Shown: one piece after another, positions 24,230-37,769 of the stretch | Numbering within the stretch: position 1 is the stretch's first letter | Layout of the letters: every line of letters begins with the position of its first letter | From: Mnemiopsis leidyi | Taxonomy: Eukaryota | DNA length: 64,000 nucleotides | Direction: 5' to 3' | Assembly (NCBI GenBank): GCA_048537945.1 | Contig: CM108484.1 | Coordinates: 4,082,494-4,146,493, forward strand | Made by a program: the position numbers and the translations under genes | Notes under the pieces: model-generated | The model's database searches: none | What the model saw: only the letters and a program-made list of their open reading frames with translations | What the model was told of the DNA's origin: nothing

Positions 24230-27200
24230 ATATATTCCTCGCTCCCAGCCCAATCCTGCTTTCCGTTTATCCTCTCTCGCCTTTTTACTTCCCTCCCTTT
24301 TAAACCTCGCTATACCTCTTCTAACCACACTACCCGACCCTTCTAACTTCGCTTCCTTAATTAACCTTGCTCCCTTTTTAAATTAACTCCTTTTCTAACC
24401 TCGCACTTCTTTCAACCCCGCTCTCCTTCTATAACCTCGCTCTTATTTTACCTCGCTCTCTTCTAGCCTTGCTCTGTCTTTTAACCTCGCTCTCTCCCAT
24501 TCTTGCCTTTCCTCCTTACCTCGCTCTCGTTTAAACCTCGCTCTACTTTGTTCCCTTCTTACCTCCCCCTCCTTCGAGCATCACAATTCATTCCCCTTTC
24601 CAACCTCGCTACTTCTTAACCTGCCTCCTTTTTCAACGTCCATCCCTCTTGTCCTCTTACCTCATTCTTTCTCTTACCTCGCTTCCCTTCGACCCCACTC
24701 TCATTCTTATCTCGCTCCTGGGCTGCAATCCTCGCTCCCCTTCAACCTCACCCCCTTCAAACCTCATCCCCATTCTAATTTCGATCTCAAACCAAACGTC
24801 GCTCTTATTCAAACCTCGGGCTCCTTCTTACCTTGTTCATCTTCTAACCTCCCTTTCCAACCTCCCAACCTCTTCTACCTGACCCTACTAGCCACGCTCC
24901 GTTTATTAACCTAGATCCAGTTTTTAATTTTCTTCAAATATAACCGTCTCTCCCTCTTACCTCGCTCTTTCTTTTAACCTCGCTTCCCTTTGAACTTCAT
25001 TCTCCCTCTTACCTCGCTCCCCTGCAATCCTCGCTCCCCTTCAAACCCATTGTTGTACACCGCCGTATTTTAAGAAACTCGGTGGCGTTTTCCCAAAATA
25101 CGCGGCGGTGGCGTACACCGACGTGGAGAGTTCCGAGTTATTCTAAATTTTTGTGCCCTATACAAGATTTGCGATATCATATATATTCGTCAAATCGAAA
25201 TTCTGGCAATTAATTAGAACGATCTTTAATGTACTTGATAATAGATTTATAATTATGATGATAAGTGCTCCCCCGAATGAGCTATTGGCCCTTAATTATT
25301 CATCGGCAATTGCAATGAAACTTCCGATTTCACGCCGTTTCACGCTGCGGTAAATTACCGGCGGCATACAAAAGTCACGCGGCGTTCAGCGGCGGCAGAC
25401 AACACTGTTCAAACCTCACCTTCAAACCTCGCGCCGTTCTAACCTCGCTCTCCTTACCCCACTCTCTTTCTAACATCGCTAAACAACCAGACCATTCTCA
25501 TTCAAAATCTCTGTCTCCTTCTAACCTAGTTCATCTTCTGACATCCCTCCCTTTCCAACATCGGTAACGCTACCTAACTCTTCTAAATTCCCTCCCTTTC
25601 TAGTTTCTAACCTTCCTCCCTCTTCTAACCTGCCTGCTTTTTTCAACGTCCCTCCCTCTTACCTCGCTCTTTCTTTTAACCTCGCTTCCCTTCGAACTCC
25701 AATCTCCTTCTTACCTCGTTCCCGGGCTGCAATCCTCACACCCCTTCAAACCTCACGCCCATTCTAATCTCGATCTTAAACCAAACGTCGCTTCTATTTA
25801 AACCTCGGTCTCCTTTTAACCTTGTTCATCTAACCTCCCTAAGTCCTTTTCCAATCTCGCAACCTCTTCTACCTGACCTCTCTAACCTCGCTCCGTTTAT
25901 TAACCTAGTTTAAGTTTTAACTTTGCTTTTCTAATACAGTTTCTAACCTCCCTCCCTTTTTGAACGTCTCTCCTTCTTACCTCGCTCTTTCTTGTAACCT
26001 CGCCTCCCTTTGACTTCAATTCCCCCTCTTACCTCGCCCCCCTGCAATCCTCGCTCCCCTTCACACTTCGCTCCCTTCTAACCTCGATCTTCGCTACCTT
26101 CTAACCTCGATCTCCTTCAAACCGCACTCCTATTCCAACCTCGCTCAAAAACCAGACGTCTATCATTCAAACCGCTGTCTCCTAACTTAGTTCATCTTCT
26201 GACATCTCTCCTTTTCAAACCTCGGTGGCGCTACCTCTTCTAACTTCCCTCCCTTCTAGTTTCTAACCTCTTCTAACCTGCCTGCTTTTTTCAACGTCCC
26301 CTCCTCTTACCTCGATCTTCTAAACTCGCTTTTCTTCGAATTCCACTCTCCTTGCCTCGTTCCCGGGCTGCAATCCTCACACCCCTTCAAACCTTACCCC
26401 CTCGGTCGCGCTACCTCTTCTAAATTACCTCCCTTTCTATTTTCTAACCTCCCTCCCTCTTCTAACTTGCCTCCTTTTTCAACCTCGCTCTTTCTTTTAA
26501 CCTCGCTTCCCTTCGAACTCCACTCTCCTTCTTACCTCGCTCCCGGGCTGCAATCCTCACACCCCTTCAAACCTCACGCCCTTTCAAACCTCACGCCACT
26601 TCTGACCTCGATCTTAAACTAAACGTCGCTCTTATTCAAACCTCGGTCTCTTTTTATCTTGTTCATCTTAGTGTAATGTAGATAACAGGTAGGCAGCCAG
26701 CCGTATTTTCTAGATCTTTCCTTATATTAGTTTTGTGTTGTTTTGAGACGGTTAATTAGAGTTTAGTGTGTGTAACTTCTTAGTGTTTAGCTCTTTAGAT
26801 TAGGATGATTTATTTTGTGTGTGTGTAGTTTCTTATTTTATCAGTGCTGGCTGCGGGCAAAGGCGCATATGAACATCGTACTCTTACACGCGTGTTATCA
26901 CAAGACTTCGTCACGTGGTACCACGTGATTTGTGCGATGCTCAGCAGCGTTGTTGCTCTTTTTTAGTTGTTCTGGAAAGGTTAGTTTGGTGATCGTTGGT
27001 CTTGTCCAGAAGGGACCGTTGTACATTTTCGATATTATCTTACTAAGGTTTTCACAGTATAATATTCGCCCTTAGATACGTGTTTTTATTCTCCTCGTAT
27101 AATCTCAGAAAAAGTCACGTACCTAAGTAAATCTAGTTCTCGTCATTCACTAGGACTAGCTAACGTTCTTTAATTACCGGCAGGGCTAGCTCTTAGTCTG

Positions 27201-29150
27201 TCAGTACTATTGCAGTTGTTCAAACGTTCTTTGCTGATCCAGTTTAAGAGCGTTGTCGGGTTGGTTCTTAAGCTGACATCTTACGTACGTGTGTTTGTAA
27301 TTGGTGAATTAGCTTCTCTATATTCACGGGGACACTATATATATATAGAACTTAGTGGATCCTATCTATATTGTGTGGCTTGTTCCATTTCACACGGTTT
27401 TTGATTGTCTGTGTTCAATCACCTCTCTATCAGTACATTTCCCGTGTTTGTTTATCTCAGCCTGACCCACTGGTACGCCCCGTTTGGACCAATCCTTCTG
27501 GTCCACCGCTCATTTGGCCTGAGACCGTGTGTTGTACGTTTTTGCCCTTTCACGGCATTTTCGCGAGTGTGTGACTAGGCTCCTACCTTTTTACACTAAT
27601 CTTCTAACCTCTCTTTCCGACCTCGCAACCTCTTTTACCTGACCCTTCTATAGTCGCTCCGTTTATTAACCTAGTTCCAGATTTAACCTTGCTCTTCTAA
27701 TACAGTTTCTAACCTCCCTCCCTTTTTCAAAGTCTCTCCTTACCTCGATCTTACTTGTAACCTCGCTTTCCTTTTACCTTCATTCTCCCCTGCGATCCTC
27801 GCTCCCCTTCAAACCTCACCCCCTTCAACCCTCCACCCCCATACAATCTTTCCTCCCTTTCTAACCTCGCTACCTCTTCTAACAGCGCTACCCGACTCTT
27901 CTAACCTTTGCCTCGCTCCCTTCATTAACCTAGCTCCTCTTTCAATTTTACTCTTCTAAACTCGCACATCCTTTAGCCTCAATCTCCTTCTAACCTCGCC
28001 CCCATTTTACCTCGCTTTCTTCTAACCTCACCCCATTTCTTACCTAGCAGCTCTTCTTCTAACGTCCGTCTCTTTTTCACCTCCCTCCCTCTTCCTATCT
28101 GCCTCCAATCTAACGTCCCTCCCTCTCTTTCTTCTAACCTCGCCTCCCTCTTTTCATCGCTCGCTTTCTTAGCTCGCTCCCTTGCAATCCTCGCTCTCCT
28201 TCAAACCTGGCTCCCTTCAAACTTCGGAGGGAGGTGGGAAAGTGACGGACGTAGAGTAGTAGAAGAAGAGCCGCGAGGTTAGAAATTGGGTGATGTTAGA
28301 TAGTGAGGTAAAATGGGAGCTAGTTTCTAACCCCGCTTTCCTTCTATCCTGGCTCCTCTTCGAACTTCGCTCCCTCTTCTAACCTTGTTCATTCTCTAAC
28401 ATCCTACTTCTTACCTCGCTCTCCTTCTGACCTCGCTCCCCTTCTAACCTCTGCTAACCTCTCTCTTACCTCGCTCTAAGCTTTTCCTTCTCCTCGTTCT
28501 TCTAATCTCGCTCTCATTTTACCTCGGTCTCTTCTAACCTCGCCCCTCTTATAACTTTCCTCACATTCTAACCTTCATGCAATCCTTGCTCCCCTTCATA
28601 CCTGACCCCCTTCAAACCTCGCTCTCCTTGTAACCCCGTTCCTCTTCTAACCTCCCTCCCTATTTAACTTCATGACCTTTTGTAACCTCACTACCCTTCT
28701 AACCTCGCTCCCTCTTTTAACCTCGCTTCCCTTTTAACATCGCTTTCTCCCTTTCAAACCTCACTCCTCATCTAACCTCGCTTTCATTCAAACCTCGGTC
28801 TCCATCTACCTCGCTCTTTTTCTATTATTATCTCCCTCTTTAAACTAACTTTGCTTCCCTTCGTTCCACGCACCCCTTCGAACCTCATGTAATTACGGCC
28901 CTTACAACTTCTATCTCTCCCCTTCAAATCTCACTTTCATTCTAACCACGCTCTTAAACCAGACGTTGCTCTTATTCACACCTCGGTCTCCTTCTTACCT
29001 TGTTTATCTTCTAACATCCCTCTCTTCAAACCTCGCTACTTCCTCTAACCACACTACCCGACCCTTCTAACCTCGCTTCCGTATTTAACCTCACACTTCT
29101 TTCAACCTCGCTATCCTTCTAACCTCGCCCCTCTTTATTGTATTTTATAT
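24230..29150. repeat. Satellite array of degenerate roughly 20-bp CTCGCTCCCTTCTAACC-type units with a higher-order periodicity of about 300-700 bp
   Basis: CTCGCT/CTAACC/CTTACC motifs recur continuously. Long blocks repeat at 24950, 25670, 25975 and 26470. Non-satellite islands interrupt the array at 25060-25400 and 26660-27590, and a short inverted segment lies at 28225-28320. Confidence 0.85.
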
Positions 29151-31974
29151 TCTTAACTTGATACCTATAATTGAAACTAAACGTTGTTTAGGAGAGTAAG
29201 CAATTTGGTTGAGTAATTGTATTTCTCCGAGGTAACGTGCGGTAAATGTCGTCATCCTTAGTCCCGTATTTTACGGCTACACGTGCTACACCGTAACAAA
29301 CAAGCTTGGCCTGCCTCTGATTCTGGGAGCACAACACCGGACACCTATGCATATGCCACGCCCCTGATACTTCTCTGTCTTATGAAAATGAGTGTGGGTT
29401 GACTCTTAGCACATCCTCGACTGAACCCCCCACAGTCCACACATACCTTATGACCGCGAGGTGAAATAATGTTTACAAATTACATTAAAAGTTACACATC
29501 CTTAACCTTACGCAGGCACTCCAAATATGGCATAAACGTCGCTGTAATTACTCTCGAAGTCTCATTGTATCTCGCCCACGTGCGCGCGCGTTCAGGGCCT
29601 TTGGTTATAAATTTTGTTTAATCGCACGCAATTCAAACGTGTTCTCGAATTTTCGTTCGCAGTTGGCGGTTTCGTTGATTCGTCCGGGGTAAGTCGATTT
29701 TCTTGATGAAAGTATGAAATTTAAGCATTTCGAGAGATTGGCGGCAACTCTCGTGAGTTAAGCCGCGCATTTAGTAAGGACACGTCATCAGAATTTTGCT
29801 GCCAAATTACAGAACTCTTCGTTGCGAGTCAAGTCTTTTTCCGCGTGACGCGTGTAAACGATATCTTCCTTTATGACGCTTCAGCCAGCATTTACATTTG
29901 ACGATTGCAGTGTGTTGTATGTTAATGTAAAAACCTATTATAAATTAGCTACTTAGTTTTGCTTACTGCATATGCTATGGGAACTGGGCCTTGGTATATT
30001 TTCAGAGCTGACCGAATCCGTTCTACAAACTGTCAGATTTACTTACTGGATTACTGAACTCCGTATCGGTATAGCATCCGAAATGATCTCGAACAATTCG
30101 TAGATAAGATATTCGTATTTGGTAGAGTTTGACTCTGAGATTAGGATTGTGATAGTTGTCTCAAAGTCTCACGTGCTTTCTGTCGAGCTACAGGAGTGGT
30201 CACTGGTTAGGTCTCCTCATATAGTCTCCACCTCTCATCTCCTCTTTGTTATCTCCTGCTCGTCTCGTCTTCTCTCGTCAACTCCTCTTCTCGACTTCAT
30301 GTGTCCTCCTAGTTTTCTTTTTTCTCTGTTCTATTCTATTTTCGTTGTTACTTGAAAGTTAAATTGATTCAGAGCTACATAAAACTTCTCGTGCCCGATT
30401 TAAAACCTGTTTTTGTATAATTTAGGATAAAAGTTGCAACTACTAGCTTGCATTAGAAATTTCTTGGGTCAGAATCATGAAGAAGGGGCTTCCACTCACT
30501 CTTTTTACAACTCACAACCAACAACTTAGCAAGGTTCTTGACGAGCGATTATGTTTTTACCAGTTATTTATATCATTTCCTAAGCTCAGTTTCTTTGTTT
30601 AAAACTAGCCAATATCACTATTCTATCGACTAGTACTATTTTAATATCAGCTTGTCTCTAGATACCCATATTAATCACTCGATTTACTACAGTGAAGGGA
30701 ATTTTTATTTAAGAGTAATCTTAAAACGGCATGAAGGACTTGGAGGACTTGGAGACGATTAATTTGTAGTTATACTACTGCCATCATGGGACTACTATCA
30801 TGGCGATATGGTAATTTGGCTTCAAATTTCTGTGACAATAATGTTTTGATTATTGATAGTTACCGTCAAATGATAAATCATTCTGACTTACACTGTAGTT
30901 CTACAATAGCTCGCTGTACTTATTTGTGTATTATCGTTAAGATTTTTCAGTTCTTTTCGTCTTGATGGCCCGGTATGAGGTTTATCCAGTCTAATGGTGT
31001 CTAGATAATATTTCATTCCGGGAGCTAACTCTTAATGTCTGAGAATTGGCGTCCAATATTGTGGAAGTGCGGAAGTGGGACGATCCTGTGACACAGCTGC
31101 AGTACCCATTCACTTTGTAAGTATGTATAGTTTTGTGATTCTGTCGTCTCAATAATACCTAAGCAGCTGAAGCCTGAAACATTAAATCATAGTTAATTAT
31201 ATTTCTGTTATCTGGTATATAAATAGCTGACTTATATATCTGTCATCGCTGTAACAACTAACAAGCCCTCCTGTAACATTTTTAATCATACCAATTTCAG
31301 CTATTCAAAAGAAACGTTGATAAATGGCAACAAGCAATAGGCCTGGAGAGAACTTGGGAAGGACTTGCTCACCTCACACAACGAGTTGGATAAGGATGGT
31401 TATCCACTTGAATTGTAACAAGTTTCAAAGCGAAAGGCAGCAAGGCACTTCTGTATCCTGATAAGCAATTAACAAAACTTCCACAGGGCCCAGGAAATGG
31501 CCCCTGCAGCTTGCTAACATGCTGCAAGCAGGTCAAAGTCCACACGTGGAACCGAGACACATTAATGATCCCGAGTTTCCTAACAGTTACCTGACTGAAG
31601 AAGAAGACAAATCGTAACACATGTCCCAACCTAAAGGATGAGTGTGAATAAGAGGTAGTATGATTGATAGAGCCAATCATCATTTTGTCGAACTCTCTCG
31701 ACTTACTAGAAAACTTCCTTTAGAGGTAGCCTTTTCGGTCTTCTCCGCAGACACGCTCATGGCTATTTGCTAATAGTAAAAGCCCAATAAACATCCCACA
31801 TCATATTGATATTGTGAAAGATGATATTGACCGTTGTGACGGAATCATGAAGGCAGTACGGTTCCAATACAAGTACAACGCAAACGACACCCTGGAAGAT
31901 TCAAAGACATGTAAAAACCATCCTGATGTGCAGAAACGATGTATAATCCTTGTTCTGTGAAATTAAGCGACGAC

Positions 31975-32225
31975 GAATCAGGAATGCTGCAGAGTGGACG
32001 ACACGCAGTAAAAGACGATTCTGGAATTCGACATTGAACGACACGCAGAAATAGACGATTCCGGAATGTGACAGAGTGAACAACACGCAGAAATAGACGA
32101 ATCCGAAATGCGGCTGAGCAAACGACCCGCAGAATAGGTTAATCTAGAATGCGGCAGAGCGAACGACATGCCTGAATAGACGAATGCGGAATGCTGCAGA
32201 GCAACGACAAGCTGAAAAAGACACG
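31975..32225. repeat. Minisatellite, about 6 x 42 bp (GAATGCTGCAGAGYGAACGACACGCAGAAATAGACGAWTCCG)
   Basis: Direct tandem repeats read from the sequence. Confidence 0.75.
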
Positions 32226-32720
32226 AAAAGAAACGAAGATAAATCAACTCGACCCTGAGCTGCCTGAGAAACGCACTGAAGAGCTATGAGGCCGAGGGAA
32301 GTGAGGAGTTAATCATAGTTTTAATAGAGAAAAGATTGAGAAGTGAGATAGGTAATAATAAGAAATGTTATGCCAGAGCTAGTAAAAAATGTATTCTTTT
32401 ATATAGCTGAAAGGTTTCAACCTACACTATGTTACAAATATGATGCGATAAAGTTATCCGAAAGTATAAGAGGTTTATTTAAACGATCAAAAAGGTTTAT
32501 TTAAACGATCAAGAGAAACATGAGTATGATTATTGTTTTCTTGGCTTACGTTCGATCCAATATTTTTTATCGTTAAATCGCATAAGTTCCTTTCTATTAA
32601 AAGAGCTTTTGGAAAAATATGTTAAGGATTTTGTTTTTAAACAAAAAAAAGATTTGGTTATGTTAATCGTTAGCTTATAGCTGGCCATATCTAACAATGA
32701 TAACCTATTATGTACTATGA

Positions 32721-33210
32721 GGTCGTTCACATATGACGTCATCACTTAGAGGGGAGGGGGTTTTCAAATGATGACGATTGATTACGAGAGGGTGAGGGGG
32801 GTGTGGGCGTGTGGCCAATGATGATGTCATCAAAAATTTTTTAGGATTTACAGGATTTTTTTGAAAATGTTTAAATTTCTTTTGAAAATTGTTGATTTCT
32901 TTTGAAGATTTTTATCAGAATTTTACAAAGTCAGATCAAAAATTTTCTGATTCAGAAATCTGGTAAAATACTGTATTTTCAATGGCTAAGTAAAAAATTC
33001 AAAAATTACTGCTAATTAAACCAAAAATCAAAGTTTTTTAACATGAAGTAGGAGGGGGTTCCGAATGTGATGATGTCATTATCATGTAGTTATGTGATTA
33101 TGGTAATTTACCTCTGACATTTAGTGGGGGTTTTTGTCATGATAACGAATGATGACAGAGGGGGGGGGGGGGGTAAAAATTACCGAAAATTTGCTGACGT
33201 CATATGTGAA
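32721..33210. mobile_element. MITE copy 2 (same family as 3297-3771)
   Basis: Same TIR GGTCGTTCACATATGACGTCATCAC and same internal layout (G-tracts and tttgaaaat repeats). The right TIR is truncated at gtgaa. Confidence 0.7.
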
Positions 33211-33439
33211 AAAAAGCTGGCTTTTGCGAGAAAGGGTTACTGGTAAAAGCACTTCGTATTGTCGCGGTGATGCCCGACTCTCGCAGCTCAAGGCTGAACG
33301 GTAGACGGCTATGATCTCGTCAACACATTGTATAGTTAGCCCCAGGCCGTTCTTCTTTGAAATAGCACCGCTGTGAGACAAGGCCCGGACGGCCTTGTAT
33401 TCTCCCAAGTCATAGTTTTAAAGACTTATTGAGCTCTGA

Positions 33440-33900
33440 TTATTCCATTTCGTTGTTGTACCAATCAGTGTTGAGAAACACTTGCGTAGTGGCAATTAGA
33501 TGGTACTTTAGCTTACAGTGGCCCGTAAAGTACTGTGAAGCTGCCCTTAGTTTGTTTGTGCCAAGATAGGAGAGGGACTTCGTGTAGGACTGACGCCATA
33601 CTGTGGGGAAGTGTGACGGCATGTCTTTCCACAATTCCCATATCTTCGGGTGACTCAGTTGCCTGAGATCGTTCTTCAGCTCTAAGTCTGTCCTGGGGAC
33701 AGAAAGAGATGCATTTTTGCTTCGTTGTTACCGAATCCTTTCTAGGCAAGCTGTCCTTGGCCGTTACTTAGAGTTAGAACCTCATCCAAGAAACCCTTGG
33801 TGATGCCTCTCCTGGAGTGATTCGTGAATGAGGCTCCACCTTCGATGGAGTACTTAGCACGGATAATCTCAAAACTTGGATAGTTTAGGATACTTCAGAT
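33440..33900 (-). pseudogene. Degenerate LINE ORF2 C-terminal fragment (..LRAASQYFTGHCKLKYHL.. and ..NYPSFEIIRAKYSIEGGASFTNHSRRGITKGFLDE..)
   Basis: YFTGHCKLKYHL matches the RTGHxRLNxHL motif of non-LTR elements. The reading frame is interrupted. Confidence 0.3.
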
Positions 33901-35215
33901 AACTTAAGTGACAACTGATCCCCTGGTGGTACCTAATTTAGTATATCCCAACTCGTGTTTCATTGAGCAAGATCTTAATTGAAATCGGCCCGCAGTGCAA
34001 GAGCAGTCGACTCTGGTCTACTCGCTGTCCAAGTTTTCCGTACTCCGCTTTTGCGAGGGAAACGGGCTCCAGCTAGACCAAAACGTTCAGTGTTTGTTGC
34101 TCTGCAACATGAAGCAACACAGTTCAGACAATCTGAGAGAGCCACACAGCGCCTGGTAACTTATATCCATGTTTGTCATACTTTTAGTGAGGACCAGCTG
34201 GTCCACCAAAATAGACCTAAAAACAAGTTTTCATGTACCAACTAAACCTAGAAATAGAATTTAAAAGCTTAGACCTCTAATTCTATTTCACCGCGAATGA
34301 GCGTTCAATTACTAACGTCTGTTTAATATTTGATAAACTAGTAGTAGTTCCCCTGCCGGTTTTGTACTTCATACTTTATTTTCTGAGTTTCTCGTATTTC
34401 TTTGTTCTTGTTAGAACTTAAGTCAAAGTGACATTCTTTAAATCAGAACTCGACTGAGGACCACGTGCACTGCAGTAGCTATACGCGCAACAGCATACGA
34501 CATCACGTGCTCGTTTCGGTGAACTGGCTGCTTACTGTGGTGATTTTGTAGTCAAATTTGTGTGGAGCGCGCGTGTCCAAACTTGTGATGGCGCGCCAAT
34601 ATCCTTCGAATGCACAGGTCGCGTAGGGCACCCCCGGAGGTAATACCTCGGCAAGTCACGGATATGATTTCGTCAAGCAAAGACTATATTAGAGAAAACC
34701 TCGCAAATGGTATAAAATCGCCAAATGATAGCCTAATGTGGTGGACTTCACTCGCGGATTTTAGTCTTGTGTCTGGTAAGAAGGTAGAACCAGGACATTT
34801 ATTTGGCACATGAAGGCGGCGCGGTAATACTAAAAGCGCTAGTTCATAGTTTGGCAATCGTAGCATATCACAATGACTTGATGTTGGAAAATAAAACAGA
34901 GCATTTTGAATTTGACATGCCATGTAAACATTTGTAAATAAGAAATATTTGGCAGTGAAAAATTCAACTTTACATCACGAAAATCAAAAGCAGTCAACGT
35001 AATATATATCTGTTCTGTCGTAGTTCATCTAATTGATACGTTTTCAAAATTGAATGCTGCAGTTTCCTCAACTTGGAAATTTACTCGGATCATTCAATCT
35101 CAAATCTCTTTCAAAGTTTGAGCACAAACTTAAAATATTCCAAATACTTAAATTCAATTATCATGTTTAAACAACAAGCATCTTTATATCAAAATAAAAG
35201 TCATATTTCCTTGCA

Positions 35216-36990
35216 TCACCGTCTGAATTGGTTGTTCGGATTGTTCAAATAAGGCGGAGTGCTTGTCTGAAAAGGTGGCGGTGCCCATTGAAGAGGAGGT
35301 CCATTAGGTTGAGTAAAGTTTATGGGGGCAGGGACGTTGTTGAACGGTTGAGCAGGAGGGGGCTGGTTGAAGGGGATGGGCGGAGGCTGCATCATGGGAC
35401 TGCTCTTGTAATTCTGCACTTGTTGTTGAACTTTCTGGTAAGTGCTGGGTCCTGGAACTTGTGGGGGAGGTTGCTGGACGTTCCCGTAAGTGCTGGGTTT
35501 TGTGTTAACCATCTCTTTTACACCCTGTAACGACTTCAGTAGGTCGTTTATCTGGTTAGACTGCTGACCACTGCTGGGTCTTGTCTCACTCCTAGCACTA
35601 CTGTAAGTATCAGACCTTGAGGGACGAGATGAAGAGGAGGACGAGTTGTAGCTTGAACTGCTGTACCCTTCCCGAGAGGAGATGTGGCTGGAGGAGCTGT
35701 GTCCGTGCGAAGAACCGTGTCCAGAGTGAGACGAGCCATGATTAGAACTGTGGGACGAACCGTGGGAGGAGCTCCCGTAAGACGAGCTGTGAGAAGTTCC
35801 CATGTGGGAGGGAGCACCATGAGAGGAGCTAGGATGGGACGAGCCGCCGTGAGACGAGCTGGAGTGGGAGGGACGAGACCGGTCGTGAGAGGAGCGAGAG
35901 TAGGAGTCCCGAGGGGAACTGCGCTGAGAGGAATACTCCTGGACTGGGGCTGAAGGGGGCTGCTTGTGGGACACCATCAAGGGATTGAAGGAGGGGAGAG
36001 TGGGAGTTGGGGAGTACTTCGGGAGAGATTGCATAGGAGGCGGAGCTAGAACAGGAGCAGCGGGTCTGGGCTGGTTTGTTATCAGGTTTGTGATCTGCCC
36101 GTTCGCTTTCATCTTCTCGAGATTCTCCTTGATTTTTGCAGCGTTGGAAGCGTTTTGAGCTTCAAAAAGAGCAGCTTTATTGGTCGCCTTAGAAGACATT
36201 GTTTTGACGGTATTTTGGAGTTGTTTCACAAGAGCAGATTTCAAATCAGCCGCGAGTTTCTCAGTTAACGATTCTCCCAACAGACCACCCAAGTTTTGTA
36301 CATTTCCCTGCATGAGGGCCTTGATAGCAGCCTCTTGTTTGGCAGTTTGCTCTCTCAACAATCTCAGCTCGGAGTCATTAGCTGTGGTCCCTGCAGTGAC
36401 TTTTCGTTCAGTAGACCTAGACCTTGGCCTTCTTCTCTCTCTTGAGTTTGATCTGCGGGCTCGTTTAGGGGATCTCGAGCTCCTTCTTCTGTCTGGTCTT
36501 CTAGGAGACCTCCTACTACCAGCAGAGTGCCGAGAGGGGGGAGAGCGGCGAGGAGAGGAGGGCCGCCTGTGGGGAGGAGATCTTCTAGCAACAGAAGGAC
36601 GTCTGGGAGAGCGAGCTCTGGGAGAAGTCCGACGGACTGTCCTCTCAGTGGCAGCGGGAGGCTTGACAGGACTCCTGCTTTTGCGTCTAGGAGACCTGCT
36701 CCTTCTCCTTGCAGGGCTGCTTCTCCTTCTTGGAGATCTGGACTTTCTTCTTGGAGACCTAGATTTTCTCTTGGGAGACCTAGAGCGTCTCCGTCTGGGA
36801 CTCCTTGGTCTGTCTGACTTTCTAGAAGGACTGGATCTGTTTGAGCTAGCTGCTCCTTTCCGTGAAGTGGAAGGAGATCTAGTCCGCCTTCTGCGATCAG
36901 AGGGCCGGGCCTTGTCGTCAGACTTTATGTTTACAGATATTGTCCCAGAGCCAGACACTACTCTTCTGTCGCGGTCACTTCGCTCTTTAT
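35216..36990 (-). CDS. SAFB-like gene, terminal exon: RS-dipeptide-rich region, coiled-coil segment, then Ser/Gly/His-rich and Pro/Gln-rich tail. Stop at 35216
   Basis: Open frame runs from an acceptor (acttctttcacacaacaaattccag at 36991-37015, minus strand) to TAA at 35216. The ORF-track start at 36958 is a GTG, not ATG. The composition (RSPRRKSRSP repeats) is typical of SAFB/SR-related proteins. Confidence 0.6.
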
Positions 36991-37339
36991 CTGGAATTTG
37001 TTGTGTGAAAGAAGTTGACCGCAGATGGTTTCAAATGATACGATATAATTTAATGAGTGAATTCGGACGCATGTTGCCCAAGCAAGAAAATAAAATAAAA
37101 CTAAAATTAGAAGTTACCCGATCTAGAAGAAGATTTGCTCTTGTCCTCAGGGGAGGTCTGACGAGGTCTAATTCCAGCAGGTCTGCTGCTGGGTTTCAGT
37201 TGCTGCGTTCTCATCTTACGTAGTACTGCATTGTCTTTTTTAGGCTGAAGGATGAAGTGATAGATAAGCAGATTGAAAGGGTAGAGGGAAATCATAACCC
37301 CAACTTAACCATCAGTTTACTTTAAACAGATAAGTGACC

Positions 37340-37515
37340 AGATTTAAACACTGTGAGATACGAACCCTGGAGGTGACTATGTCTTTGTTGTGGAGTTTGT
37401 AACCGTTAAGTTTCTGTATAGCAACTTCTGCCTCACTCTCTTGCGACATGGTCACTAGACCAAAACACTTGGCTTCCTTAGCGTTTGGGTTCATAACAAC
37501 TTTAGCGCTCATCAC
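37340..37515 (-). CDS. SAFB-like gene, RRM exon part 2 (VMSAKVVMNPNAKEAKCFGLVTMSQESEAEVAIQKLNGYKLHNKDIVTSR..)
   Basis: Matches the SAFB RRM ...[48 protein letters not shown]. Acceptor ccctag at 37516-37520. The downstream donor is ambiguous (candidates near 37366, 37360 and 37345), so the 3' boundary is uncertain. Confidence 0.6.
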
Positions 37516-37675
37516 CTAGGGGGAAGATTAGGGTATTTATTTGTTGTTTTGGGAATTCAACGCTGTCTTGAGTTTAACATTCTGGATATCATCTAGAACG
37601 AAACCGCCTATTTTAAACTTCCTAAAAATGTTTAATTATACCCTTTCTTCAACTTTGAATCGAGCGTATTTTTAC

Positions 37676-37769
37676 CTTTCCGTAAAGCCCGAAGCAGGTT
37701 TTAAGATCAAGGGCTCGAGTCTGTTTTGTTAAATTGCTAACCCAAATCATCTTCATAATATCCGGATGT
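37676..37769 (-). CDS. SAFB-like gene, RRM exon part 1 (..HPDIMKMIWVSNLTKQTRALDLKTCFGLYGK)
   Basis: RNP2-like IWVSNL. Matches SAFB [31 protein letters not shown] donor at 37675-37674. Phase is consistent with the flanking exons. Confidence 0.6.

Noticed and set aside
24093-24882. Ser/Leu/Pro-rich ORFs within the satellite array
   Set aside because: They are translations of CTCGCT/CTAACC repeats with no start context. Satellite artefacts.
35216-36958. ORF-track start 'M' of the 580-aa ORF at 36958
   Set aside because: That codon is GTG. The frame stays open upstream to a TGA at 37029-37031 and a good acceptor lies at 36991, so this is an internal exon, not a translation start.
36180-37223. 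347-aa plus-strand ORF antisense to the SAFB-like terminal exon
   Set aside because: It is a low-complexity mirror of the RS-rich exon (an L/G/R-rich translation) and starts at a non-ATG codon. It is an antisense artefact.
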